A stretch of 64,000 nt of DNA from Terriglobia bacterium (lineage in GTDB: Bacteria; Acidobacteriota; Polarisedimenticolia; Polarisedimenticolales; JAIQFR01): assembly GCA_963748015.1 (NCBI GenBank), contig CAVVHE010000005.1:384001-448000 (forward strand), given 5' to 3'. Under the pieces are notes generated by a model that ran no database searches, had not been told where the DNA came from, and saw only the letters and a list, made by a program, of their open reading frames with translations. Positions within the stretch are counted from its first letter, which is position 1; every line of letters begins with the position of its first letter. Made by a program: the position numbers and the translations under genes. Positions 1-11,709 of the stretch are shown here, in pieces.

Positions 1-1396
1 CCCGAAGGCGATGGCGCCCCCGAACAGCACGACGCGCTCGCGCGCGCTGTCGTACGCCATCGCGTGGCCGGCGCGCGCGGGTGGGCTCGTCGAGGGCGTC
101 CTCTCGACCCAGTTGTTCCCTTCCCACTCCCACGTGTCCGCGAGGGACCGCCCTCGGGTCGACCCCCCGAAGAGAACCGCGCGTCCCCGCGCGCCGTCGT
201 ACGCCATCGCATGGCTCTGGCGGGCGGATGGGCTTGTGGCTTTCTGTGCCCAGTCGTTACCGTCCCACTCCCAGGTGTCTCCAGAGAACAGATTCCCGCT
301 CCCCAGCCCTCCGAAGAGCACGACGCGTCCCCGCACGCCGTCGTACGCCATTGCGGCGCCGAGCCGGGCTGACGGGAAGGACTCGGGCGTCCTCTGCACC
401 CAGGTGTCGCCATCCCACTCCCAAGTGTCGGCGAAGAACTGGCTTTGGTTGCTCCCGTAGTCGTAGCGGTATCCGCCGAAGAGCACGACGCGTCCCCGCG
501 TGCTGTCGTAGGCCATCGCGGCGAAGTGCAGCGCCGGCGGGCTCGTGGCAGGCGTCCGCTGAATCCACGTGCTCCCGTCCCATTCCCACGTGTCGGCGAA
601 GTACTGGTGCTGCTGACTCGTGTCGTCGTAGAAGGACCCCCCGAAGAGCACGACGCGCCCCCGCGCGCTGTCGTACGCCATAGCGTGGCCCTCGCGCGCG
701 TGCGGGCTCGCGGATGGTGCCCGCGAGATCCAATTGTCCCCATCCCATTCCCAGGTGTCGGCGAAGATCTGCGTGATGCCAGTCGTGCGGTTGTAGTCGA
801 ATCCTCCGAAGAGGACGACGCGTCCCCGCGTGCTGTCGTAAGCCATCGCATGGCCATCGCGCGCGGGTGGGCTCGTACCGGGTGTCCGCTGGACCCACGT
901 GTTGCCGTCCGACTCCCAGGTGTCGGCCAGACGGTAGCCTTCATACAGGTCGTATGCCCCCGAAGAGCACCACGCGTCCGCGCGCGCTGTCGTACGCCAT
1001 CGCAAGGCCTTGCCTGGCCTGTCGGCCCCGTTGCGAACGCCTGCGGGACCCACGTATTCCCGTCCCAATCCCAGGTGTCGGCGAGAGTCGAGGGGGCGGG
1101 GAACCCGCGCACGGGGAAACCGCCGGACATCACGACACGCCCCCGCGCGCTGTCGTAGGCCATCGCGTGGCTATAGCGGGTTGGCGGGATCTTGAGGACC
1201 CACTTGACCGTGTCGGAAGTCGCCTCCACGTCTCCCGGGGCGGCCACCATTCGTGGGGGCCGGATCCAGGGCGGACGGCGGCCGTCGGAGCGTTCACGCT
1301 CGTGGACGCCGGGGCCTGGGCGACAACCGCCGACGGGGCGGCCGCGAGGAGCAGGCACACGACAACGGGAAGCCACGGAACCCTCATGATCGCCAT
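1..1396 (-). CDS. Secreted Kelch-like beta-propeller protein, array copy A (runs off window edge; apparent frameshifts)
   Basis: ATG at 1396 after GGAGG; signal peptide MAIMRVPWLPVVVCLLLAAAPSAVVA; 8 visible HAMAYDSARGRVVLFGG...DTWEWDG repeats spread over several frames. Confidence 0.8.
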
Positions 1397-1461
1397 GACC
1401 CGCCTCCTGGTCCGAGGCTCGCGCCGGAAAGGGTTATCCGGGCTGCGCGCACCTCGAAACC

Positions 1462-4412
1462 TCACTGATCCTCTCGCACACCGACGACGATCGACTGCCC
1501 CCCGCGCGTGCCTGGCGTGGCGCTTCGCTTCTGCCTGGCGATGGGATCCTGGCCGATGCCACCCTGATCGTGGGGGACGATGACGACGTCTTGTCCTGCC
1601 CCGATGTTTCCCGGACGCGTCTCTCGCCTGATACCGGATCGTGTACGTCCGGCCGGGACCATTGCCGGCCCGCTCCGCACGGAGAAGCACGTCGAAGTCC
1701 GGAATGCCGAGAATCGCACCCTGGATGTCGTTCGTCGTGTTCCCATCCCCTCCGCCCGGCGCGTCGTCCGGTTCGCTCGAAGTAACAGTAGCCAGGATGA
1801 CCTGGGGCGACGGATCACAGGCATCGTGCACGACCACGCGGCTGTGGACGGGAGACATCGTGTGGTTTGGCGGCCACAGATAGTGAGGCGTCGACTCGAC
1901 CGTCACCGCCGTAGGCGTGGTATCCACCACGCTCACGACCGTCTGGCACGTCGCCGAGTTCCCGGCGCCGTCCCTGGCCGTGAACGTCACCGTCGTGGAG
2001 CCCAGCGGGTACGACCCCGACGCATCCGCTCCACCCGGGGTCCTGTCGTTGGTGATTAGCGACCGCTCCGAAGCAGAGGTCGGTCGCGGTCGCGGGGGGA
2101 AGCGCGATTTGTGATTGCCCCGCGGCCTGGCATTCCACCCGCATACTCGACGGGCAGGTGATGACGGGCGGGGTGGTGTCCTGGACGGTGATGATCGTGC
2201 CGTCGGTTCCGGTCGCGCCCGCCTTGTCCGTGACCGTCAGGAGCGACAGCGTGCTACTCCGAGAGGTAACGGGACGGACACCGTTTCCCCGCTCGCCATA
2301 GCGGTTCCGTACTCCGACCAGACGAATCCGACAATGTCGTCGTTCGTACGTGGGGTCGAGTCGGAGTCGGTGCTCGCCGAACCGTCGAGTACCGCCGTCG
2401 CCTTCACGTCACCCGTGCATTCGAGGACCTGGTCCGGACCGGCGTCGGCCACGGGCGGCTGGTTCGCGGGCCCGTATTCCCAGTGATCGCCGATGACGGG
2501 GCCGTTATGCCCCCCGAAGAGCACGACGAGCCCTCGCCCGCTGTCGTAGGCCATCGCGAAGGATTCGTGTTCGGGCGGGCTCGTGGCCGGCGTCCTCTGA
2601 ACCCACGTGTTACCGTCCCACTCCCACGTATCGGCGAAAAGCTGGTCCCCGCTCCTCCCCCTGCCCCCGAAGAGCACGGCGCGTCCCCGCGCGCTGTCAT
2701 AGACCATCGAGGCAGACATGCGGGCGGACGGGCTCTTGGCCGGCGTCCTCTGAACCCACGTGTTCCCGTCCCACTCCCAGGTATCGCCGAGGTAATGCCA
2801 GGAACCGGCGAAGTAGCCGGCGCCGAACAGCACGACACGTCCCCGCGCGCTGTCGTACGCCATCGCGTGGTTGTAGCGGGCCGGCGGGCTCGTGGCCGGC
2901 GTTCTCTGAACCCACGTGTCCCCATCCCACTCCCACGTATCCGCCAGACGCGAATTCGTGGCGTCGACGCCCCCGAAGAGCACGACGCGTCCCCGCGCGC
3001 TGTCGTACGCCATCGCGTGGCTGACGCGCGCGGGCGGACTGGCGGCGGGCGTCCTCTGAATCCAGGTGTCCCCGTCCCATTCCCACGTGTCCGCCGGACG
3101 CGAATTCGTGGAGTCGACCCCCCCGAAGAGCACGACGCGTCCCCGCGCGCTGTCGTACGCCATCGCGTGTAACCTGCGAAATGACGGGCTCGTGGCGGGA
3201 GTCCTATCGACCCAGGAGTTCCCGTCCCATTCCCAAGTGTCGGCGACAGGCCAGGAGCCGGACCCCGAAGAGCACGACGCGTCCCCGCGCGCTGTCGTAC
3301 GCCATCGCGTGACCGGTCCGGGAGGACGGGCTCGCGGCGCGCTGAACCCACGTGTTCCCGTCCCACTCCCAGGCGTCGGCCAGGAATACGCCCCCGAATC
3401 CCTCTCCCCCGAAGAGCACCACGCGTCCCCGCGCGCTGTCGTACGCCATCGCGTGGTTGGCGCGTGAGAGTGGGCTCATGCCGGGCGTTCGCTGAATCCA
3501 CGAATCCCCGTCCCACTCCCAGGTGTCGGCGAGACGGAGCGCCGGGTCGGTCCAACCCCCGAAGAGGACCACACGCTGCCGCGCGGCGTCGTAGGCCAAC
3601 GCGTGACGGTCGCGAGCTGGCGGGCTCGTTTCGGGCGTCCTCTGGGCCCACGTGTCCCCGTCCCATTCCCACGTATCGGCGAGCCGATGACCGGTCCCGT
3701 CGTAGGAGTAGCCTCCGAAAAGCACGACCCGTCCCCGCGCGCTGTCGTAGGCCATCGCGAGGTTGTAGCGGGCTGGCGGGCTCGTGGCCGGCGTCTTCTG
3801 AACCCACGTGTCCCCATCCCATTCCCACGTATCGGCGAAGAACTGAAAATGACCTTGCCAGTCCGCGTAGTATCCCCCGAAGAGCACGACACGTCCCCGC
3901 GCGCTGTCGTACGCCATCGCGTGGCCCCTGCGTCTGTGTGGGCTCGTGCCGGGCGCCCGCTTCACCCACGTGTTCCCGTCCGACACCCACGTATCGGCGA
4001 AATACGACTCTTCTTCTTCCCAGTCGTCGCCGTACCCCCCGAAGAGCATCAGGCGTCTCCGCGCGCTGTCGTACGCCATCGCGTGACCGGCGCGCGGGGA
4101 CGGGCTAACAGCGGGCGTCTTCTGAACCCACGTATTCCCGTCCCAATCCCAGGTGTCCGCGGTGCTTGCGCCAATATTGGGTTCCCCTCCGCACAGTACG
4201 ACCCGTCCCCGCGCGCTGTCGTACGCCATCGCGTGGCCTCGACGGGCCGGCGGGATCTTGAGGACCCACTTGACCGTGTCGGAAGTCGCCTCCACCTCTC
4301 CCAGGGTGGCCACATTCGTGGGGGCCGGCTCCAGGGCAACGACGGCCGACGGGGCGGCCGCGAGCAGCGCGCACACGACAACGGGAAGCCACGGAACCCG
4401 CGCGACCGCCAT
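1462..4412 (-). CDS. Secreted protein: 12 Kelch-like blades, PKD/Ig-like, HYR-like and 'LWPPNH' C-terminal domain; array copy B (apparent frameshifts)
   Basis: Pieced from ORFs 3204-4412, 2237-3163, 1815-2144, 1130-1990 and 1462-1824; 12 AYD..RGRVVLFGG repeats; PVADAGPDQ and DTTPPVITC Ig-like motifs; ends VREDQ like copy C. Confidence 0.85.
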
Positions 4413-4477
4413 GACCCGCCTCCTGGTCCGAGGCGCGCGCCGGAAAGGGTCATCCGGGCTGCGCGCCCCTCAGTACT

Positions 4478-7444
4478 TCACTGATCCTCTCGCACTTCGA
4501 CGACGCTCGACTGCCCCCCGCGCGTGCCTGGTTTGGCACTTCGCTGCTGCCTGGTGATGGGATCCTGGCCGATGCCACCCTGATCGTGGGGGACGATGAC
4601 GACGTCTTGTCCTGCCCCGATGTTCCCGGATGCGTCTAACGCCTGATACCGGATCGTGTACGTCCGGCCGGGACCGTTACCGTCCCGCTCCGCTCGAAGA
4701 AGAACGTCGAAGTCCGGGGTGCCGAGAGTCGCACCCTGGATGTCGTTCGTCGTGTTCCCATCCCCTCCGCCCGGCGCGTCGTCCGGCTCGCTCGAGACCA
4801 CGGAAGCCAGGATGACCTGGGGCGACGGATCACAGGCATCGTGCACGACCACGCGGCTGTGGACGGGAGACATGGTGTGGTTCGGCGGCCACAGATAGTG
4901 AGGAGTCGTCTCGACCGTCACCACCGGAGGCGTGGTATCCACCACGGTCACGACGGTCTGGCACGTTGCCGAGTTCCCGGCGCCATCCCTGGCCGTGAAC
5001 GTCACCGTCGTGGAGCCCAGGGGGTACGAGCCCGACGCATCCGCTCCACCTAGGGTCCTGTCGTTGGTGATCGGGACTTCTCCGAAGCAGCCGTCGGCTG
5101 CGGTCGCGGGGGGAAGCGCAATCGGTGATTGCCCCGCGGCCTGGCATTCCACCCGCATGCTCGACGGGCAGGTGATCACTGGCGGAGTGGTGTCCTGGAC
5201 GGTGACGCTCGTGCCGTCGGTCCCGGTCGCGCCCGCCTTGTCCGTGACCGTCAGCAGCACGCCGTGTACTCCGAGCGGTAACGGAACGGACGCCGTTTCG
5301 CCGCTCGCGAGAGCCGTTCCGTACTCCGTCCAGACGAAATCGACGATGTCGTCGTTCGTGCCGGGGTCGAATCGGGGTCGGTGCTGGCCGAGCCGTCGAG
5401 CGCCGCCGTCGCGTTCATGTCGCCCGTGCATTCCAGAACCTGATCCGGACCGGCGTCGGCGACGGGCGGCGGGTTCGCGGGGCCGTATTCCCAGTGATCG
5501 TCAAGACACGGCCGAGAACCCCTCCGAAGAGCACGACGAGCCCCCGCGAGCTGTCATAGGCCATCGCGAAAGAAGTGCGCATGTACGGCGCGAGAGAGCT
5601 GGGTACGTCCGGGTTCGTGGCCGGCATCCTCTGAGCCCACGCGTTGCCGTCCCACTCCCACGTGTCGTTCAAGACGTTGGTAGAGTAGCCGGGACCGGTG
5701 TTGCGCCCGTTGCCCCCGAAGATCACGACGCGTCCCCGCGCGCTGTCGTACGCCATCGCGAAGGAGCTGCGTGCGACCGGGCTCACGGCCGGCCTCCTTT
5801 GAACCCACGCGTTCCCGTCCCACTCCCATGTATCGGCCAAATCCGCGGAGGTGGTCCCCCTGCCCCCGAAGAGCACGACGCGTTCCCGCGCGCCGTCGTA
5901 CGCCATCGCGTGGCTGCGGCGGGCCGGAGGGCTCGTGGCGGGCGTCCGCTGAACCCACGTGTCCCCGTCCCATTCCCACGTGTCGGCCAACGAATTGCTT
6001 CCGTCGAAACCCCCGAAGAGCACGACTCGTCCCCGCGCGCCGTCGTACGCCATCGCGTGGAGGTAGCGGGCCAGAGGGCTCGTGGCCGGCGTCCTCTGAA
6101 CCCACGTGTTTCCGTCCCACTCCCACGTATCCGCCAAACGCGAACCCGTGGACTCGCGCCCCCCGAAGAGCACGACGCGTCCCCGCGCGCTGTCGTACGC
6201 CATCGCGTGGAAAGTGCGGGATGACGGGCTCGTGGCGGACGTCCTCCGGACCCAGGAGTTCCCGTCCCACTCCCACGTCTCCGCGAGAGGCAGGGACCCG
6301 GCCCTGGAAGAGACGAGCACGACGCGTCCCCGCGCGCCGTCGTACGCCATCGCGTGGCCGGTCTGGGAGCCGGGGCTCGTGGCGTTCTGAACCCAGGCGT
6401 TCCCGTCCCACTCCCAGGTATCGGCCGAGAACGTGCCCGGCTCTCCCCCGAACAGCACCACGCGTCCCCGTGCGCTGTCGTACGCCATCGCGTGGCCATA
6501 CCGCGCCGCCGGGCCCGTTGCGGGCGTCTGCTGAACCCAGGTATCCCCGTCCCATTCCCACGTGTCGGCGAGCAAGGGGGGTGATGTCGAGGTGAAGCCC
6601 CCGAAGAGCACCACGCCTCCCCGCGCGCTGTCGTACGCCATCGCGTGGCCATACCGGGCTGCTGGGCTCGTTGCGGGTGTCTGCTGAACCCAGTTGTCCC
6701 CGTCCCATTCCCACGTGTCGGCGAGATAACGACCGGTCCCGTCGTAGTAGTGGCCTCCGAACAGCACCACGCGTCCCCGCGCGCTGTCGTACGCCATCGC
6801 GTGGCCCCAGCGTGCCGGTGGGCTCCCTGAGGGCGTCCTCTGAACCCAGGTGTTCCCATCCCACTCCCACGTGTCGGCAAAGTATTGGGAATTGCCTTGC
6901 AGGTCCTCGTAGTAACCGCCGAAGAGCACGACGCGTCCCCGCGCGCTGTCGTAGGCCATCGCGTGGCCATGCCGTGCGGGTGGGCTCGTGCCGGGCGTCC
7001 GCTGAACCCACGTGGCCCCGTCCGACTCCCACGTATCGGCGAGATCGCCGCCGAGCGAGAAGGCGAGCCCCCCGAAGAGCACCAGGCGCCCCCGCGCGCT
7101 GTCGTAGGCCATCGCGTGGCCCTGGCGTGCGGGTGGGCTCGTTGCGGGCGTCCACTGAACCCAAGTATTCCCGTCCCATTCCCAGGTGTTCGCGTAACTG
7201 AATCCCAGGACGGTCCCCCCCCGGACAGCACGACCCGCCCCCGCGCGCTGTCATAGGCCATCGCGTGACCACTGACGGCCGGGGGGATCTTGAGAACCCA
7301 CTTGACCGTGTCGGAAATCGCCTCCACCTCTCCGGGAGCGGCCACATTCGTCGGGGCCGGCTCCAGGGCGAGGACCGCCGACGGAGCGGCCGCGAGCAGC
7401 ACGCACACGACAAGCCGAAGCCAAGGGACCCTGATGACTGCCAT
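4478..7444 (-). CDS. Secreted protein: 12 Kelch-like blades, PKD/Ig-like, HYR-like and 'LWPPNH' C-terminal domain; array copy C (apparent frameshifts near 7200, 5497, 5368)
   Basis: ATG 7444 with GGAGG; signal peptide; ORFs 5415-7112 (11 blades) and 4478-5431 (C-terminus) are colinear with copy B. Confidence 0.85.
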
Positions 7445-7691
7445 GACCCGCCTCCTGGTCCGAGGCGCGCGTGAGAAAGGGGGGGCCGGGCCGCGCAGAC
7501 CTCGACCTCTCACCTACCCTATACACCTCGGCGGTCCGCGGGACCACATGATTCTGGGATTCTGCGGACGGCCCGTCCTTCGCGAGAAAGTGGCGAGAGT
7601 ACCCGCCGACGTTCGCGGGCTGGTCGTTCTCGGGAGGCGTGGGCGCGCCGGGAGACTATATTTCTCCTCCTCCCGGAGGTCAGGAAGAGCC

Positions 7692-10445
7692 ATGCCGTGC
7701 CGCCGCGCTCCGTCCCGGCCGCTCCTCCCGGACGCGCGGCGTCGTCCGTCGTGGCCGGGGACCTGCCCGGCGGCGGGGAAGGCGCTGGCGCTGGCCGGTG
7801 CTTGTCTCGTCATTCTGCTCGCGCCCCAACCGGGCGCCCTTGCGCAGGCGGCCGGAGAGCGCCTGCTCGACACGATCGAGGCGAAACGGCTCGAGCCCGA
7901 CGGCCGGTTCAACCCGTATCCCCGGTGGACCGCTCCCGGCCGCCCCGCGCTCGCGCTCGCGCTGTCGGGCGGCGGAGCGCGCGGCCTCGCGCACCTCGGC
8001 GTCCTCGAGTCCTTGCACGAGGACGGGGTGGAATTCGACGCGATCGCGGGGACCTCGATCGGCGCGCTGGTCGGCGCGTTCGCGAGCGCGGGGTACTCGC
8101 CCGACAGCGTGGTGGACATCCTGAAGCACCGCGACTGGGACGCGATCATCGCCGGGCTCGACGTGCGCCGCCGCGTGCTCTCGGAATCCGAGGACATCGA
8201 GCAGCGAAGCGCCCTCGTGAAGTTCCGCTTCAGGCGCCACGAGCTCCTGCAGGTCGGCTCGATCACCGAATCGCGCCTCCTCGAGCGCGAGCTGTACCGG
8301 TACCTCCTTCGCGCGCAGCTCGAATCCGGCGGGGACTTCGACCGTCTCCGGTACCGGTTCCGGCCGGTGTCCGGAGACATCCTGACCGGCGAGCGGGTGG
8401 CGCCCGGGTCGGGCGACCTGGTCGCCTACGTGCGCGGGTCGTTCGCGCTGCCGGGGTTCTTCGAGCCGGTGCGCGTCGGCGACGCGGTCCTCGTGGACGG
8501 CGGCGTCGTGGAGAACATTCCGGTCGACACCGCCCGGTCGCTCGGGGCGGAAGCGGTGGTCGCCGTGGACGTGTCGGAAGGGATTCCCCAAGCGAAGCGC
8601 GTCAGGGGAACGCTCGACAATCTCTACCGCTGGACCAGCGTGCTGATGGCCGACCAGGGGACGCGCTCGCTCGCGCAGGCCGACGTGGTCCTGACGCCGG
8701 CGGTCCTCGACATCACCCGGCTCGAGTTCGGGTCGAACGTGGACCGGCTGGTCCTCCTCGGGCGAGAAGCGTACCGAAACCGGCGAGAGGCGATCTGGGA
8801 CCTGCTCGAGGCGCGGTCCCTCGACCAGGCGCCGGTGGACTTCGCATCCGTCGAGGTCGCCGGGACGTCGTGGATCTCGGCGGAGGAGCTCTCGGGGCGG
8901 CTCGGCGGCGCCCCTCACACGGTGACGCGCTTCCGGGTCGCGGCGGAGCTGGCGCGCGCGCTCAACCTCGGCCCCTTCGATTCGGGGCGCGTCGAGTGGC
9001 TCGAGGCGTCAGGTGGACGGACGCTGCGTTTCGTGTTCAGGGAGAACCCGCCGCTACTGGGCGTCGAGATCGCCGGCGACCCCGGCCCCCTCCCCTCGAG
9101 TCCCGGCCTTCCGCTCCCGGAAGGCGAGCCGTTCTCCTGGGAGGCGCTGTCGCGCGCGGGCCGACGGGTTCGCGAGAAGCTGATCGAGGACGGCCGGGTG
9201 CTGGTGGCGTTGGACGAGGGGCGATTCGATCCGTCGACCGGCACGGTCACTCTCCGGGTGTCGGACCTCACGATCGGGAAGATCCGGACCAAGGTCCGGG
9301 GAGAGATCCGCCTCGAGCGGACCCAGCGCTTCTTCGAGGACCTGCAGGGGCAGCGGTTCACCTTCGACCGCCTCGCGGACCGCCTCGACGAGATGGTCGC
9401 GCGCGGCGCGATCCTGGAGTGGTCTCTCGAGCCCCTGCCGCGCGGCGAGGGAGAGGCGGACCTCCTCGTGAGCGTGCGCGGCGACGACTACTTCGAGGCC
9501 GCGGCCGGCCTGGCCTACCGCGGCGCCATGGGCTGGTCGGGGTGGGCGCGCGCCGGCAAGGGGAACCTGACCGGCCGCGGCGACGCGGTGGAGCTCGTCG
9601 CCGGGGCGGCGTCGGACGTCTCGGCGGTCACCCTCGGCTACCGGACCGAGTACGGCGCCGGGTTCCAGAACCTCGGTGCCGACGTGGGGGGCGAGGTGTT
9701 CACCGCCAGCGCCCTCGTCGCCGGCAGCGACCAGCGCCTCGCGAGCGATCTGGCCGAGGACTGGAGCGGCGAGAGGGTCTGGGCGACGCTGATCCGGCGC
9801 TCGCGGTGGGGGGTGTCGTTCCAGGGCGGGTTCCGCTTCGAGAGCGACCGGCTGGAGGCGACGGCCTCCGAGCCCGAGGAGGACCTCTCGCGCACCTCGG
9901 CGGTCCTCTCTCTCGACGTCAACCGCCACGACCTGCTGCTCTTCCCCACGCGCGGCGGAGCGCTCCGGCTTTCGGCCGAGGGAGCGCTCGCCGGCGACGA
10001 GCTCTGGAAGGCGGAGGCGCGCGCGGACGGCGCGGTCTCGTTCGGCGCGAGCAGGCGCCAGACGCTGACCGGGCGCCTGGGGGTCGGGTTGTCCGAAGGG
10101 ACCGAGCGCCGGCCTTTCTGGTTCAATCCCGGCGGGTACCGCGACCTCTACGGCTTCGTCCCTTACGGCGCGGCGGCGCCCGACTACGCGCGGGCCGGAG
10201 GAACGTGGCGACTGCGCTGGCTCGACGCCGGCGCGGCGCGCGTCTACGTGGAAGCCGGCGCCGACGCGATCCGCACCGCCGCGCACGGCGGCGACCTCGG
10301 GAGTGCTTCCACGCTGCTCGGGTGGGGCGCGAGCGTGATCGTCCACACCCGCCAGCTCGGGCCGATCGCGGTCGGCTTCGGCCGGAACGACCAGGGCGCG
10401 CTGACCGGCTTCGTCACCGCCGGGTTTCCTTTCTCTCTGGAATGA
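7692..10445 (+). CDS. Patatin-like phospholipase fused to POTRA-like and Omp85-like beta-barrel regions (PlpD/type Vd-like)
   Basis: LSGGGARGLAHLG oxyanion loop, GTSIG nucleophile and DGG motif; amphipathic beta-strand C-terminus ending GFVTAGFPFSLE; start codon uncertain. Confidence 0.8.
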   Translation: MPCRRAPSRPLLPDARRRPSWPGTCPAAGKALALAGACLVILLAPQPGALAQAAGERLLDTIEAKRLEPDGRFNPYPRWTAPGRPALALALSGGGARGLAHLGVLESLHEDGVEFDAIAGTSIGALVGAFASAGYSPDSVVDILKHRDWDAIIAGLDVRRRVLSESEDIEQRSALVKFRFRRHELLQVGSITESRLLERELYRYLLRAQLESGGDFDRLRYRFRPVSGDILTGERVAPGSGDLVAYVRGSFALPGFFEPVRVGDAVLVDGGVVENIPVDTARSLGAEAVVAVDVSEGIPQAKRVRGTLDNLYRWTSVLMADQGTRSLAQADVVLTPAVLDITRLEFGSNVDRLVLLGREAYRNRREAIWDLLEARSLDQAPVDFASVEVAGTSWISAEELSGRLGGAPHTVTRFRVAAELARALNLGPFDSGRVEWLEASGGRTLRFVFRENPPLLGVEIAGDPGPLPSSPGLPLPEGEPFSWEALSRAGRRVREKLIEDGRVLVALDEGRFDPSTGTVTLRVSDLTIGKIRTKVRGEIRLERTQRFFEDLQGQRFTFDRLADRLDEMVARGAILEWSLEPLPRGEGEADLLVSVRGDDYFEAAAGLAYRGAMGWSGWARAGKGNLTGRGDAVELVAGAASDVSAVTLGYRTEYGAGFQNLGADVGGEVFTASALVAGSDQRLASDLAEDWSGERVWATLIRRSRWGVSFQGGFRFESDRLEATASEPEEDLSRTSAVLSLDVNRHDLLLFPTRGGALRLSAEGALAGDELWKAEARADGAVSFGASRRQTLTGRLGVGLSEGTERRPFWFNPGGYRDLYGFVPYGAAAPDYARAGGTWRLRWLDAGAARVYVEAGADAIRTAAHGGDLGSASTLLGWGASVIVHTRQLGPIAVGFGRNDQGALTGFVTAGFPFSLE

Positions 10446-10965
10446 CGACGTAGCGGTAGGGTTTGCCCGCCCAAGCTCCCGCGTAGTGCACCCCGATCCG
10501 CGGCGTTCGCCGCACCCTGCGGTCGGGCACCGGCTCCCCTTCCTCGAGCCACAGGTCGGGGCCGGTGAGTCTCGCGCCGTCGAGCGAGCGGTCGATCCGG
10601 AACGCGCGCGTCAGGCGGCCGGGGCCGGCCGCGGAGACCGCGCCGTCCGGCGACTCGGCCCCGCGCAGCAGGACCGCCGCGGGGTAGCCCTTGCTCCCGG
10701 TGACCACGTTCAAGCAGTGGTGCATCCCGTACACGAAGTACACGTAGGCGATCCCGCCCGCCTCGAACATCGGCGCGTTGCGAGGCGTGCGCCCCCGGCG
10801 GGCGTGGCTCGCCCGGTCGTGGGGACCGTCGTAGGCCTCGACCTCCAGGAGGCGGCCGCGGAGGACCGTGCCGTCGGAGAGGCGGCGGCACAGCACCCGC
10901 CCCAGCAGGTCGCGGGCGACCTCGAGCGTGTCCCGCCTGTAGAATCGGACTCCGAGTCGCTTCAT
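10414..10965 (-). CDS. mpg: DNA-3-methyladenine glycosylase (MPG/AAG family)
   Basis: VARDLLG, EVEAYDG, AYVYFVYGMHHCLNVV, AVLLRG, GPGRL and TPRIG motifs. Confidence 0.93.
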   Translation of the reverse strand: MKRLGVRFYRRDTLEVARDLLGRVLCRRLSDGTVLRGRLLEVEAYDGPHDRASHARRGRTPRNAPMFEAGGIAYVYFVYGMHHCLNVVTGSKGYPAAVLLRGAESPDGAVSAAGPGRLTRAFRIDRSLDGARLTGPDLWLEEGEPVPDRRVRRTPRIGVHYAGAWAGKPYRYVVIPERKETRR

Positions 10966-11009
10966 CGCGTGTCGCTGCCGGGCCTCCGCAACGAGGCCAG
11001 GAGGTTAAC

Positions 11010-11585
11010 ATGTCGAAGAAAGCCGTGGTCACGGTCCTCAGCGTCGGGACCGCCCTGCTCGCGATCCTGCTCGTGCCGACGGGCACGGCCGTCTCCCAGG
11101 ACGTCGGCGACGCGATCCGGCGCGTGCTCGTGACGAACTTCCCGGAGCGCCAGAAGGTCGAGGGCGAGGTCACGGTCCGCGGACCGATCCGGCAGACGGC
11201 GCAGGTCGTTCTCAAGGACATCGTCGTGCCCCCCGTCTCTCCGAAGGACACGCAGCGGCTGATCCACGGCGGGACGATCGCGACCGACGGCTTCTCGTTC
11301 GTCGTCCTGAGCCTCTCCGGCCAGATCAAGGGAGAGGTGGTCCGCCCGGGCTCGGTCGGGGCGATCCTGATCCCGGAGGAGGACTCCGTCGTGCGATCGT
11401 TCGAGGAGAAGGGAGAGCTGCAGTTCCCGCTCCAGGTCACCTCGAACGCCGTCTCGAGCGCCTCCCCCTACTTCGCCTCGGACCAGCCGCGGCTGCTCGT
11501 CGGGTTCCCGAGGTACCGCGTGTACCTGTTCAACACGAGCCAGAAGTCGGTGAGCGTGAACCTCTACGCGTACCTGACGAACTGA
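11010..11585 (+). CDS. Hypothetical exported protein
   Basis: AGGAGG RBS, signal peptide, typical codon usage; no family recognised. Confidence 0.8.
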   Translation: MSKKAVVTVLSVGTALLAILLVPTGTAVSQDVGDAIRRVLVTNFPERQKVEGEVTVRGPIRQTAQVVLKDIVVPPVSPKDTQRLIHGGTIATDGFSFVVLSLSGQIKGEVVRPGSVGAILIPEEDSVVRSFEEKGELQFPLQVTSNAVSSASPYFASDQPRLLVGFPRYRVYLFNTSQKSVSVNLYAYLTN

Positions 11586-11709
11586 GGGAGCGGGGTACAG
11601 CACCGGCCGCCGGTAGCTGTCCCTCGCCGCCTCATCCCGCCGATTGCAATTAGCCTCTCGCTTCATCTATAAGGGACGCTTCCGCCCGGGCGGCGATCCA
11701 GGAGACACC

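Larger units (their letters stand above)
1397..7512. repeat. Tandem gene triplication, unit ~3.02 kb
   Basis: Starts at 1396, 4412 and 7444 (spacing 3016 and 3032); near-identical 65-bp spacers GACCCGCCTCCTGGTCCGAGGC...; near-identical 3' parts (1462-2480 vs 4478-5495). Confidence 0.9.

Noticed and set aside
1..7444. Diversity-generating retroelement behind the loop variation
   Set aside because: No reverse transcriptase or TR/VR pair is visible; variation includes length changes and is not adenine-specific.
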